DNA of 32,000 bases from Candidatus Heimdallarchaeota archaeon (GTDB taxonomy: Archaea; Asgardarchaeota; Heimdallarchaeia; JABLTI01). Positions 16,473 through 25,375 of this stretch are shown here, piece after piece; the first letter of the stretch is position 1; each line of letters opens with the position of its first letter. The stretch covers positions 30,673-62,672 of the forward strand of contig JAUWKS010000014.1 in the NCBI GenBank assembly GCA_030614005.1, in the 5' to 3' direction. A program made the position numbers and the translations under genes. The notes under the pieces are model-generated. The model had not been told where the DNA came from. It ran no database searches and saw only the letters and a list, made by a program, of their open reading frames with translations.

Positions 16473-17039
16473 TTGGCATACAAAGTTATTTACACAGTTA
16501 CAGAAAAATATGATCCAGCAAGAAAAGAAATTGGCTTGAAAGTGGCTATAAGTGGTTTTGGAGAATACAAAGGAGCTAAAATTAGATTTGCTGAATTCCC
16601 AGCACAAGAGGCAACATTTTCAAAAACAGGATCTTTAACCTTTACAGCGATTGGAAAACCTGGAAATAATTCTCTAGAAATAATAGATAAAAAAACAAAT
16701 AGAATGTTACAACAAATATCCTCAGTTAATGGCAATGTTTTTACTGAGGGTGGAAAGGGACAAGAAATAGTAATTGTTCATTCAACAAAGAAAGCAACAA
16801 TTACAATTAGTAAAGTTTCAAATTTGAAGAATGAATTGTTAAGATTGGAAGCTTCACCAAAAATATCATTATTCTTCGGTTTACATCCTGAAACAAAACA
16901 ACCAATTTATACACAAAAAGCAGACAAAAAAGGTTCATGTAAATATGACATAACTGGAACAATGTCAGAAAAACATGAAGTGCGGGTTTTAACAGGACAA
17001 ATGAGTAAAATTGTATCTATTAAACCACCGGAACCTTAG
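16473..17039 (+). CDS. Hypothetical beta-rich protein (possible tandem Ig-like domains)
   Basis: 188 aa with an alternating beta-strand pattern and no signal peptide. Confidence 0.7.
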   Translation: MAYKVIYTVTEKYDPARKEIGLKVAISGFGEYKGAKIRFAEFPAQEATFSKTGSLTFTAIGKPGNNSLEIIDKKTNRMLQQISSVNGNVFTEGGKGQEIVIVHSTKKATITISKVSNLKNELLRLEASPKISLFFGLHPETKQPIYTQKADKKGSCKYDITGTMSEKHEVRVLTGQMSKIVSIKPPEP

Positions 17040-17107
17040 AGTTACATTTTTTTTAATCTTTTAACAAATTGTGCGATTTCTTTTTAAGTAAGTTTCAAGT
17101 CTCATAA

Positions 17108-18568
17108 ATGAGAAACTTTGGTAATCAAACTAATTTTTGGATGGAACCGAATTTGGATGAAGATTTATATAAACAAGTTTTTGAGATGGCCGCAAAAGAA
17201 AATGCCACTTATGTCGATATAAGAGATGAAGATACACTCTATGCTTCCATTGAAGTAGTTGATGGGAAAGTAGAGAAATCAATGGCAGGATCTGAAGCTG
17301 GTATTGGTATACGATTGTTAATAGATGGTGCTTGGGGTTTTTCCTATGGTTCAAAGGAAAATTACAAAGATGTTTTCAAGATGGCAGTAGATGCCCAAAA
17401 GACATCAAAAACACTATCAAAAAGCACCATTGAATTGGCTGAGGTTAAACCAATTCGAGATAAAATAATTATTAGTCAGAAAAAACCTTCACAAGACATT
17501 GCTTTTGAAGATAAAATGAAGCTTGTACTGACTATTGACAAACATATGCTTGATAAGGATAATAAAATCAAAGCTACTCGAACGCGATATGTTGATTTTC
17601 TAAGAAGGCAAACCATTGCAACATCGGAAGGGACTCAAATTTATGAGGAACGACCTTACACATATTTAGCTATGACTCCCACAGCGAAGGAGGGTACAGA
17701 TACTAACCAAGCTGGTGCACGGGTAGGTCAAGTAGGTGGATATGAAATTTTTGACGTTGTAAATGTAGAAGAACGAGCTAATAAAGCTAAAGAAAGAGCT
17801 ATTAAGGGATTAGAAGCCAAACCTGTTAAGGCTGGGAAATATCCTGTTGTTTTAGATGGTACACTCAATTTCCTATTCGCTCATGAAGCAGCTGGCCATA
17901 GTACAGAGGCTGACTTTTTAAGAACTGCAGGAGTACTTCGTGGAAAATTAGGCAAAACACTAGCAAAGAATTTTGTTAACTTAATTGATGATGGGACTTT
18001 AGAATATGTTCCCGGATTTGGTGGACGAACGTTTGGATTCATGAAATACGATGATGAGGGTGTTCCAGTTGAACGAACGGAAATTATGAAAAATGGTATA
18101 TTAAAGACTTACTTAACAGATCGTGCTTCCGCAGCTCATTTCAACCTAAAACCAACCGGAAATTGTCGAGCAGAATTTTACTCAAGCTTCCCAATTGTAC
18201 GAATGAGAAATACTTATTTGGAAGCATCAAAAGACAGTGAACTATCAGAAGAAGAAGTTCTCGGGCAGATAAAAAATGGACTGCTTCTAAAGATAGGTGG
18301 TGGTGGCCAAGTAGACCCCATTCGAGGTACATTTAACTTCGGTGTTGGTGAAGTGTATGAAATTCACAATGGTGAAATTGGTGAATTACGAAAAGCAACT
18401 ACTTTATCTGGAAATACTCTCGAGACACTTGGAAAGATAATGGGTCTTTCAAATAAGATGGCCGATCCATCTGCGTCAATCGGTTTTTGTGGTAAGGATG
18501 GTCAAAGTGCTCCTACTGGTACTGGTGCTGGTTGGATGTCTGTCAAAGTTATGACTGTTGGAGGTTAA
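17108..18568 (+). CDS. tldD: TldD family metalloprotease
   Basis: GIGIRLLIDGAWGFS, zinc motif HEAAGH, DDEG, RMRNTY and CGKDGQ. Confidence 0.95.
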   Translation: MRNFGNQTNFWMEPNLDEDLYKQVFEMAAKENATYVDIRDEDTLYASIEVVDGKVEKSMAGSEAGIGIRLLIDGAWGFSYGSKENYKDVFKMAVDAQKTSKTLSKSTIELAEVKPIRDKIIISQKKPSQDIAFEDKMKLVLTIDKHMLDKDNKIKATRTRYVDFLRRQTIATSEGTQIYEERPYTYLAMTPTAKEGTDTNQAGARVGQVGGYEIFDVVNVEERANKAKERAIKGLEAKPVKAGKYPVVLDGTLNFLFAHEAAGHSTEADFLRTAGVLRGKLGKTLAKNFVNLIDDGTLEYVPGFGGRTFGFMKYDDEGVPVERTEIMKNGILKTYLTDRASAAHFNLKPTGNCRAEFYSSFPIVRMRNTYLEASKDSELSEEEVLGQIKNGLLLKIGGGGQVDPIRGTFNFGVGEVYEIHNGEIGELRKATTLSGNTLETLGKIMGLSNKMADPSASIGFCGKDGQSAPTGTGAGWMSVKVMTVGG

Positions 18569-18572
18569 TTAA

Positions 18573-20033
18573 ATGACTTATTTATCATTAGACAAATCTC
18601 TTAGTTATGGAATCAAATTTGCAGAAAAAATTGGTGCAGAAGAAGTAGAAGGTTATAGTTCAAGTTCTAAAGAAATTGAAATTAGTGTTGAGAAAAGTAT
18701 TCCAACAATTAAAACAGGTGTTTCAACTGGTGTTTCCTTTAGAGTTGTTAAAAATGGCAATTTGGGTTTTGCATTCACTAAAACATTGACACAAGAACGC
18801 TTAGAATCCACCATCAAAGTAGCAATCCAAAATGCTAATTCCAAAGGTAAGGATCCTGATTTCAAATCACTTCCTCATCCATCTAAAAAACCTGTACAAA
18901 ATTTCAAGTTTGATAAAAAGCTCGATAATTTAACCTCAGATAATCTTGCATCTGACTTAACAACACTCATTAATGCTGTTGATGGAACAAAAGGTTTACA
19001 TTATCTCCAAGGGCAAATGTTCTTAGGAATAGTTGAAGACCACTTAGTTAATTCTCACGGAATAGATATTACTGACAAAGGAGGAGGCTTTGGTGGTTTT
19101 GCTGCAGCAATTACTACAAAAGGTTTGATACCAAACTATTCTTTTGGTATAAAGGGTGGTCCATCTGTTGCTTCATTTAAAATTGAAGATTTAATTGACG
19201 ATACCATATTACAAACACAAAGAGCAGCTGCTCCTCGAACTATGAATATCGAAAAGGAATTGCCAATTATCCTTGAACCTGAAGCTTCTCTTGGTATTAT
19301 GGGTAGTTTGTTTCGAATTATTACTACACAATTAACTGGAAATAATGTTGCTTCTGGTGCTACTCCTTATTCAGATCAAGTAGGTAATCAAATAGCTGTC
19401 GAAGGGTTTTCTCTAGTTGATACTGGTGTGAATCCAAATAAAATTGGCTCTTCAGCTTATGATGCTGAGGGTATATCTCGAGAAGAGACTCTTCTTATCG
19501 ACAACGGTGTATTGAAAACTTTCCTTTTAGATAATTATTATGGAAACAAGCTTGGATTAGAATCAAACGGCAAAAGCTCTAGAGTAGGACAATTCGGTTT
19601 TGGTGGTGATCCCGTTAAAACACAACCAAATATCTCGACTTCTTCACTTGAAATCTTGCCTGGTAATTCCTCAAAAGAGGAGATTATACAAGAAACCAAG
19701 GAAGGTTTTATGCTACGATCTTTAATGGGTCTTCATATGTCTGATTTCAGTTCTGGAAGATTTTCTGTTACTGGTTTTGGTTGGTACATTAAAAATGGAG
19801 AGATAAAATATCCTGTTCAAGGAGTCTCTATTTCTGGTGTGCTTCCAGATTTACTCAAAAACATTGATATGATCTCCAAAGAACGTGAATCAATGCTCTT
19901 AGGTGACTGTCCATATATTCGGTTCTCGAGTGTTAAAACGACAGCCAAGAAATTTGATCTCAAAACAAGATTTGGACTTGGAATGTTGAAAATTCTCACC
20001 ACTCTAAAGATCATGAAAAATCCAATGTTTTAG
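18573..20033 (+). CDS. pmbA: PmbA/TldE family protein (non-catalytic partner)
   Basis: GVSFRVVKNGNLGFA, YDAEG, SGRFS; lacks HExxxH; starts 4 nt after tldD. Confidence 0.92.
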   Translation: MTYLSLDKSLSYGIKFAEKIGAEEVEGYSSSSKEIEISVEKSIPTIKTGVSTGVSFRVVKNGNLGFAFTKTLTQERLESTIKVAIQNANSKGKDPDFKSLPHPSKKPVQNFKFDKKLDNLTSDNLASDLTTLINAVDGTKGLHYLQGQMFLGIVEDHLVNSHGIDITDKGGGFGGFAAAITTKGLIPNYSFGIKGGPSVASFKIEDLIDDTILQTQRAAAPRTMNIEKELPIILEPEASLGIMGSLFRIITTQLTGNNVASGATPYSDQVGNQIAVEGFSLVDTGVNPNKIGSSAYDAEGISREETLLIDNGVLKTFLLDNYYGNKLGLESNGKSSRVGQFGFGGDPVKTQPNISTSSLEILPGNSSKEEIIQETKEGFMLRSLMGLHMSDFSSGRFSVTGFGWYIKNGEIKYPVQGVSISGVLPDLLKNIDMISKERESMLLGDCPYIRFSSVKTTAKKFDLKTRFGLGMLKILTTLKIMKNPMF

Positions 20034-20179
20034 ATGTATTGCGTAGAGGAAAGGTCATGCTTTCCTTTTATTCATCTTTTTATTGATATTTTGTTTGTTT
20101 TGTCCATTGGGAAACTTATTTTAATCTTATTTAATGTAATTGAGTCTGGAATGCAGAGTTATATTTTTGAGGTTAAATT

Positions 20180-20770
20180 ATGAATCCTGAAGATGTAGAA
20201 TTAACTATTGAGCAAAAGGAGTTATTATATCTCATTTCTCGACTTACTGATCATCATAATTGCCCTGATACTTGGGTTAAGGAAACTCCATTACAAGCAC
20301 TGATGTTTCATGCCATTCGTAAGGGGTTATTTAATGATTATGACTATGCACCAATTTCTTCCTCATTTCTTGGACAAGGAAGGAAGTTTGTAAATATTTC
20401 AAAAGAAGGCGAAGATGATTTGGGTGATCTCAGAGAATTGGGTTTACTTGAAACAATTCGTCTCTCCTCCACTAAGTATGATTATATAACCGGGTATCGT
20501 CCAACAACAGAATCTGCAAAGCAATTGTCGGAATTACCAAACGAAATAAAATCGAGTATAGATACTCTCTTTGATTGTCCGGAATGTAATGAACCTGCTT
20601 TTAATCTTGTAATTGATGTTGGTAGCTCAAGTTTCTTTATGAAATGCAAATCTTGTTCTTATAATGAAGATATTCCATTAGTTGAACCTGAAGATGTATC
20701 TTATTCAACCAAAGCTTACTTTTTCAAGTCTCTTGGAAAACATAGAACCATCGGGGAGGATAACAAATGA
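20180..20770 (+). CDS. Hypothetical protein: wHTH-like N-terminus plus C-terminal zinc ribbon
   Basis: DYDYAP...SKEGEDDLGDLRELGLLETIRLS...ITGYRPT, then CPEC-x16-CKSC; stop overlaps the next start (ATGA). Confidence 0.8.
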   Translation: MNPEDVELTIEQKELLYLISRLTDHHNCPDTWVKETPLQALMFHAIRKGLFNDYDYAPISSSFLGQGRKFVNISKEGEDDLGDLRELGLLETIRLSSTKYDYITGYRPTTESAKQLSELPNEIKSSIDTLFDCPECNEPAFNLVIDVGSSSFFMKCKSCSYNEDIPLVEPEDVSYSTKAYFFKSLGKHRTIGEDNK

Positions 20771-22554
20771 CTTCTGTTGGGAATATTGGTGATGTTTTGA
20801 CTGAAGTAATTAAATTGAAGAATGTCACAATAGCTTTAGTTGAATGGTTGCCTTTTGACAGAAACCAGCTCTCCGCACTTAATATTAAATTAGATAGTTT
20901 GCATAGAAGGCGGGGACATATTGTAACCGCAGTCAAAGATGATTCACCAGAAAACCTAATCTTTAAAGATAGTGGCATATCGTGCAAAGTAATTGTAGAG
21001 GATTTTCAACCATCAGAATATGTTTCGTTCCGTGCGTATCTCAATTATCCGGAAGATGAAGGTATTATTCAAAACGAAGAGTTAAGTGGGCATATCAACT
21101 CTTGGGGAAGGGTAGTCTATGGAGCTGATCTCGTTGAGGTCGAAAATGGTTCGGATGGGTGGGTCTCTCTCGATGTTCTTACACGTATTATTGTTGATTT
21201 AACAATGGATACCTCGCAAATGATAGATTCTCTCTTGACTGAATATCAAAGAAATCTTTTAGATCTGGTATTTATGGATGAATCAAGCAAACGAACAAAG
21301 TTTCTGTTAATAATGGCTGATGATATCTCAGTTCGTCCAGCAACACCTAATGATTTTTTTGATGGAGAGGAGCTACAAAATGAACTTGAACAAGTTATTG
21401 GTGTTTTGCACAATGTTGAGATGATCGGTAATGGTTTTCTTTTTAGAGGAAATACAGGTCAAATTGCAGTTTCAAATAATGTTATAGATTTTGAACAATC
21501 TTTGCTTGAGAGAGGTTTTTCTTCAGCAATTAAAATGTTCTTGGATGATTATTCAGCAATCATATGGCATTTATGGGATGAATCGCGATTAATAGAGAAA
21601 GATATCGATAAAGCTTTACTGGGTGATATTACTAGCTTAACAAAAGCACAAAACTGGATTGCTCGAGCGAGTTCGGATGCTATCATGCTGGGTGATATTC
21701 TCTCTTATCTTAGGGATAGTATTACTGATTTTGTTGATGATTTAACTAAAGAAGACCTTACAAGATTAAAAGATGACCCTATTTTACTTGAATTAAAGCA
21801 AATAATGATTGATTCCCAAGTAACAACTAAACGTGTAAACGACACTCAAAAAGTCATTCATGGTTTGGAATCAAAAATGGTTGCATTGCGTGATTTTTCC
21901 AATGCATTAGCAGAAAAGCATATGCGAAAACTTTCGAATTCTATGGCACAAAACACTAAATCCTTATCCGAAATGACTGAATCCAATAATCGTGCTAGTG
22001 ATGCATTAAGTATAATTGAATTGATACTTGCAGGGTCAGTAATTATTGATATTGTATTAGTTTTAGTAGGTGAATATGCAACTCCTAATTGGCCTTGGCT
22101 AACGCAACTTTTCAATTCTGGATATGGTCACCTCATTGTTATGCTTGTAACGGTATCTCTTTGGATCGGTGTTTTCGTATTCCTTCGTCTAAGTAAGAGA
22201 AAGCTCGAAAGTACTGCTGTAAAACGCCAGCTTGGTTCAAATGTCATTGGTAAACGTTGTAATATTGTTGCTCTTGAGAAATTTATTGATAGAAGAAATA
22301 TCACTTTAAGGAGTACAGAAACAGAAGGTGACTCTCGTATTGTCACCGTCACTTGCGAACCCCCGGCTAAAAAAGGCCATCCAGACCTTGATTATATAAC
22401 ATTGATATATGATGCGAGTGAACGGTTTTTGATCCAAATGGATTTTGAAACACCAGACATGACTTTAGATCTTGAAACTTGTTATGAATCTATTCTCAAA
22501 GAAATGACCGATGCAGGAGTATTCAATGATCTTGATTTTGGGGAAAGTTGCTAA
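20767..22554 (+). CDS. Hypothetical membrane protein with coiled coil plus two C-proximal TM helices (CorA-like topology)
   Basis: 595 aa; a long helical region precedes a TM hairpin (ALSIIELILAG...; LIVMLVTVSLWIGVF); no GMN motif. Confidence 0.75.
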   Translation: MTSVGNIGDVLTEVIKLKNVTIALVEWLPFDRNQLSALNIKLDSLHRRRGHIVTAVKDDSPENLIFKDSGISCKVIVEDFQPSEYVSFRAYLNYPEDEGIIQNEELSGHINSWGRVVYGADLVEVENGSDGWVSLDVLTRIIVDLTMDTSQMIDSLLTEYQRNLLDLVFMDESSKRTKFLLIMADDISVRPATPNDFFDGEELQNELEQVIGVLHNVEMIGNGFLFRGNTGQIAVSNNVIDFEQSLLERGFSSAIKMFLDDYSAIIWHLWDESRLIEKDIDKALLGDITSLTKAQNWIARASSDAIMLGDILSYLRDSITDFVDDLTKEDLTRLKDDPILLELKQIMIDSQVTTKRVNDTQKVIHGLESKMVALRDFSNALAEKHMRKLSNSMAQNTKSLSEMTESNNRASDALSIIELILAGSVIIDIVLVLVGEYATPNWPWLTQLFNSGYGHLIVMLVTVSLWIGVFVFLRLSKRKLESTAVKRQLGSNVIGKRCNIVALEKFIDRRNITLRSTETEGDSRIVTVTCEPPAKKGHPDLDYITLIYDASERFLIQMDFETPDMTLDLETCYESILKEMTDAGVFNDLDFGESC

Positions 22555-22594
22555 AATTGGGCTTAGAATAATAATTCTTTCCCAACTTTCATTT

Positions 22595-23656
22595 TTATTT
22601 TTGTCCGCCAAAAAATGCGTCTAATGTAGGTTGTTTTTTCTGTTCATCAAGAACTTTCAAAGTTTTTTCAAGTGCATTTCTTACTCGAGTTTCAGAAAAT
22701 CCTCGCTCACCTGAAAGAAAATCAACAACTTTATCTATATTTGGTGATTTCCAGTTCAAAGAATAATCAGTGATAATCGGAGGATTAAGAAAAATATCTC
22801 TGATTCTTTGAATATCAAAATCGATATTTGCATCAACCATTTTAGGTAATTCTAAAACAGCCTCAATTTTTTTATGTTCTTTGATGAGTTTAACAGCTGT
22901 TTTAGGTCCAATACCGGAAACTCCAATGCCATCAGGGTTAAAATCAGTTCCAAGCAAAATTGCTATGTCAATCAATTCATCTCGAGTAAGTTCTATTGAT
23001 TTCAGAGAAGAATCGAGTTCAATTAGTTCAGGTTTAACCTCAACGTAAATATTTTTCCTTGGAAGCTTTCTTTTACCAGAAATGGTTAGATTTCTAACTA
23101 AGCGTGGTGTGCCAAAAAGAAGACTATCATAATCTTGAGAACAGCTAGCCCAAACATCTCCTCTTTTAGCCATTGCTGCTGCTTGACCTTCTCCTTCAGA
23201 TATTGCTTGAATAACGGGAATCCCCATTAACTCGAGTAATCTTTTTGCATCATTTATCATTGGGGATGTTAATCGAGCAGTTCTTTGAGCATAACGCTGA
23301 GCTAATTCCATATCACCTTTTTCGAGAGCTTCCTGATAAGCAACATCAGCTTCTTTCTTCACTTTTTTACGCTTCATAATTTCTTTTGATTTCTCCTCAG
23401 GAGGTTTCCCATCAAAAATAAACACAACTTCAATTCCACTTTCAAGAGAACGCGTAACTCTATAGAGAAGTCCAGATAAATGACTCGTAACATTTCCATG
23501 CGCATCCGTCAATAAACTGCCGTCTGATTGTCGGATTCGAGTCAAAAATTGATATAAAATATTATTTCCATCAAAAGCAATAGCTTTGTCATGAAAGAAA
23601 TCGAAATTTACTTCTTCACGATTCGGAAATAAATCACCTAATTTTGTAACGCCCAT
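22595..23656 (-). CDS. fen: Flap endonuclease 1
   Basis: MGVT, AFDGNNILYQFL, FIFDGKPP, EGEGQAA, SQDYDSLLFG, GTDFNPDG, GIGPKTA; C-terminal PIP box QPTLDAFF. Confidence 0.98.
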   Translation of the reverse strand: MGVTKLGDLFPNREEVNFDFFHDKAIAFDGNNILYQFLTRIRQSDGSLLTDAHGNVTSHLSGLLYRVTRSLESGIEVVFIFDGKPPEEKSKEIMKRKKVKKEADVAYQEALEKGDMELAQRYAQRTARLTSPMINDAKRLLELMGIPVIQAISEGEGQAAAMAKRGDVWASCSQDYDSLLFGTPRLVRNLTISGKRKLPRKNIYVEVKPELIELDSSLKSIELTRDELIDIAILLGTDFNPDGIGVSGIGPKTAVKLIKEHKKIEAVLELPKMVDANIDFDIQRIRDIFLNPPIITDYSLNWKSPNIDKVVDFLSGERGFSETRVRNALEKTLKVLDEQKKQPTLDAFFGGQK

Positions 23657-23770
23657 GATTCAGTCCTCAAGATACCACTCGTTAAAATACTTATTAAACT
23701 ACTAATTCTATAGGAGTTGTGAATAAAAGAATCATATATAAGCATTATTTATTACTGAGTTGACTGAACA

Positions 23771-24106
23771 ATGACAGAAAATCGAATTGCTACTTATAAC
23801 AAACTCGTACGAGATAAGATACCTGAAATCATAAGCAAAGATGGAAAAACCTCTGAAATACAGATCGCTAGTAGTGATGATGCATTTCTTACTTTCTTAG
23901 GTCAGAAATTAGTCGAGGAATCCCAAGAGTTCAGTGAAAATAAGGATCCTTCAGAGCTGGCTGATATCTTAGAAGTTATGCTAGCTATATTGCATTTGAA
24001 AAAAATCTCTTTCTCTAAATTAGAAAAAATCCGTCTAGATAAAAAAGAAGATCGCGGTGGATTTGACAAAAGAATAATCCTATTATCTACAACTGAACCC
24101 ATTTAA
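23771..24106 (+). CDS. MazG-like / phosphoribosyl-ATP pyrophosphohydrolase-like NTP pyrophosphatase
   Basis: YNKLVRDKIPEII, KLVEESQEF, ELADILEV and RGGF. Confidence 0.88.
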   Translation: MTENRIATYNKLVRDKIPEIISKDGKTSEIQIASSDDAFLTFLGQKLVEESQEFSENKDPSELADILEVMLAILHLKKISFSKLEKIRLDKKEDRGGFDKRIILLSTTEPI

Positions 24107-24238
24107 TATTTTAACAGAAGGAATACTTTTGGTTAACTCCCCTTAGAGAGTCTTCTTTTTACAGCTATACTTCTTGAACTTAGAATCTAATATCACTTGA
24201 ATGAACTGAGAAGAATATTAAATGCCCAGGATTATACT

Positions 24239-24598
24239 TTACAGTATTTCTCCTTCAATTGCATTTGTTGTATCCTTAAGATCAAGGAGGAATTTCTTCA
24301 GATGTCTATCAACCTTTGCTCGAAATCCTAACCAATTCTCACCTTCCTTTCGAGGAAGATCTTCCCAAGTGAATGCGTAATGATTTACATGTGGTCTTTG
24401 ACTTTGAGCGACTTGGTATAGTCTTACATTAACAGCTTTCAAGTGTTTTGGATCATTGGCAAAACAATCCGTGAAAAACTCAACTGTGAAGGTAATAATT
24501 TGACTTGTCTTGATATCTCTATAGAATTCTTCTCTACTGTCATTTACTTTCTTTATGTTTGTGTTAAATTTCAGTGGCATTTCAACTATAGTTGTCAT
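24239..24598 (-). CDS. Hypothetical protein
   Basis: 119 aa with ATG start and Shine-Dalgarno AGGTGA upstream; no recognised motif. Confidence 0.75.
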   Translation of the reverse strand: MTTIVEMPLKFNTNIKKVNDSREEFYRDIKTSQIITFTVEFFTDCFANDPKHLKAVNVRLYQVAQSQRPHVNHYAFTWEDLPRKEGENWLGFRAKVDRHLKKFLLDLKDTTNAIEGEIL

Positions 24599-24605
24599 AC
24601 CTTTT

Positions 24606-24611
24606 CACCTG
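24606..24611 (-). promoter_or_regulatory. Shine-Dalgarno site (AGGTGA) of the 24239..24598 gene
   Basis: Minus strand reads GCAGGTGAAAAGGT-ATG. Confidence 0.6.
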
Positions 24612-24858
24612 CTATCTGTCTCACAATAGACTACACCCACTCCCCTTCATTTCCAGTGGAACTTTCGGGGGTGCAACATCGCTTGGGTTGCCTAAGCCTA
24701 TATATGGACAATATAATATTGTAACTACTTATCTATAAGTATTTTGGTTTATCTATATAATTAACGTACTATCTATATAGTACGCTGATGGTCTATACTT
24801 TTAAATAGAAAGTTATTCTTTATAGTAACTACAAGACTAAAAATGCGTGTGAAACAAA

Positions 24859-25167
24859 ATGATTACAATTCAAGAAACCCAAAATAAATTGGTCGATCTA
24901 ATTAATTCCAGATTGTCTGTAAGACAAATAGCAACACCTGGCGTGCAAGGTCCAATGAGAATGCTCGGAGAAAAAATGCTAAATATGTTCGCAGGACAGA
25001 TGATTTCCGATTCAATGATGGCCGAACAAAAAGAAGACATCAAAGATGAATTACTAGAAAATGTAATGAGTTCTCTCGCTCTCGCAGGATTACTAGGAAT
25101 TGATCTTCAACAAGAATTGATAGATGCAATATCATTGCTTGAACAAGTCACCGCCGAAGGTGCATAG
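24859..25167 (+). CDS. Small all-alpha protein, degenerate MazG-like fold
   Basis: EDIKDELLENVMSSLALAGLLGIDLQQEL resembles the MazG-like C-terminal helices (ELGDVL..L..LAN.LGIDLE.AL). Confidence 0.7.
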   Translation: MITIQETQNKLVDLINSRLSVRQIATPGVQGPMRMLGEKMLNMFAGQMISDSMMAEQKEDIKDELLENVMSSLALAGLLGIDLQQELIDAISLLEQVTAEGA

Positions 25168-25169
25168 AG

Positions 25170-25198
25170 CTCTTAAATATTTTCCGAAATTTTAAGAG
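25170..25198 (+). terminator. Hairpin immediately after the 24859 gene
   Basis: CTCTTAAA(T)ATTT-TCCG-AAAT-TTTAAGAG: 12-bp stem with one bulge. Confidence 0.4.
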
Positions 25199-25375
25199 AT
25201 CTAATATTTCATTATTGATCCTAAAATTTAGGAGTGGTTTTATTCATTTAGATATTGTTTTTGATGATAAAACTTTGATTTTGGATTGAGCACACAAAAA
25301 GCTTTTAGAAAGAAGCTAACTTTTAAAGTAAGGTACACATTAATGGGTACTAGTAAATATCACGAGAGAAATCTA

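Noticed and set aside
15290-20033. Radical SAM + TPR + TldD/PmbA as a RiPP biosynthetic cluster
   Set aside because: The radical SAM is the short TatD-associated type without SPASM/RRE, and no precursor peptide, YcaO or exporter is present.
24615-24680. Cobalamin-riboswitch or SECIS identity for the structured leader (CCCCCG, CCACUG, GAAGG, GAGAC; AUGA/GA)
   Set aside because: The GGGAA junction and T-loop are missing and the spacing is too compressed; there is no canonical kink-turn geometry and no in-frame UGA gene nearby. It is kept only as an unassigned structure.
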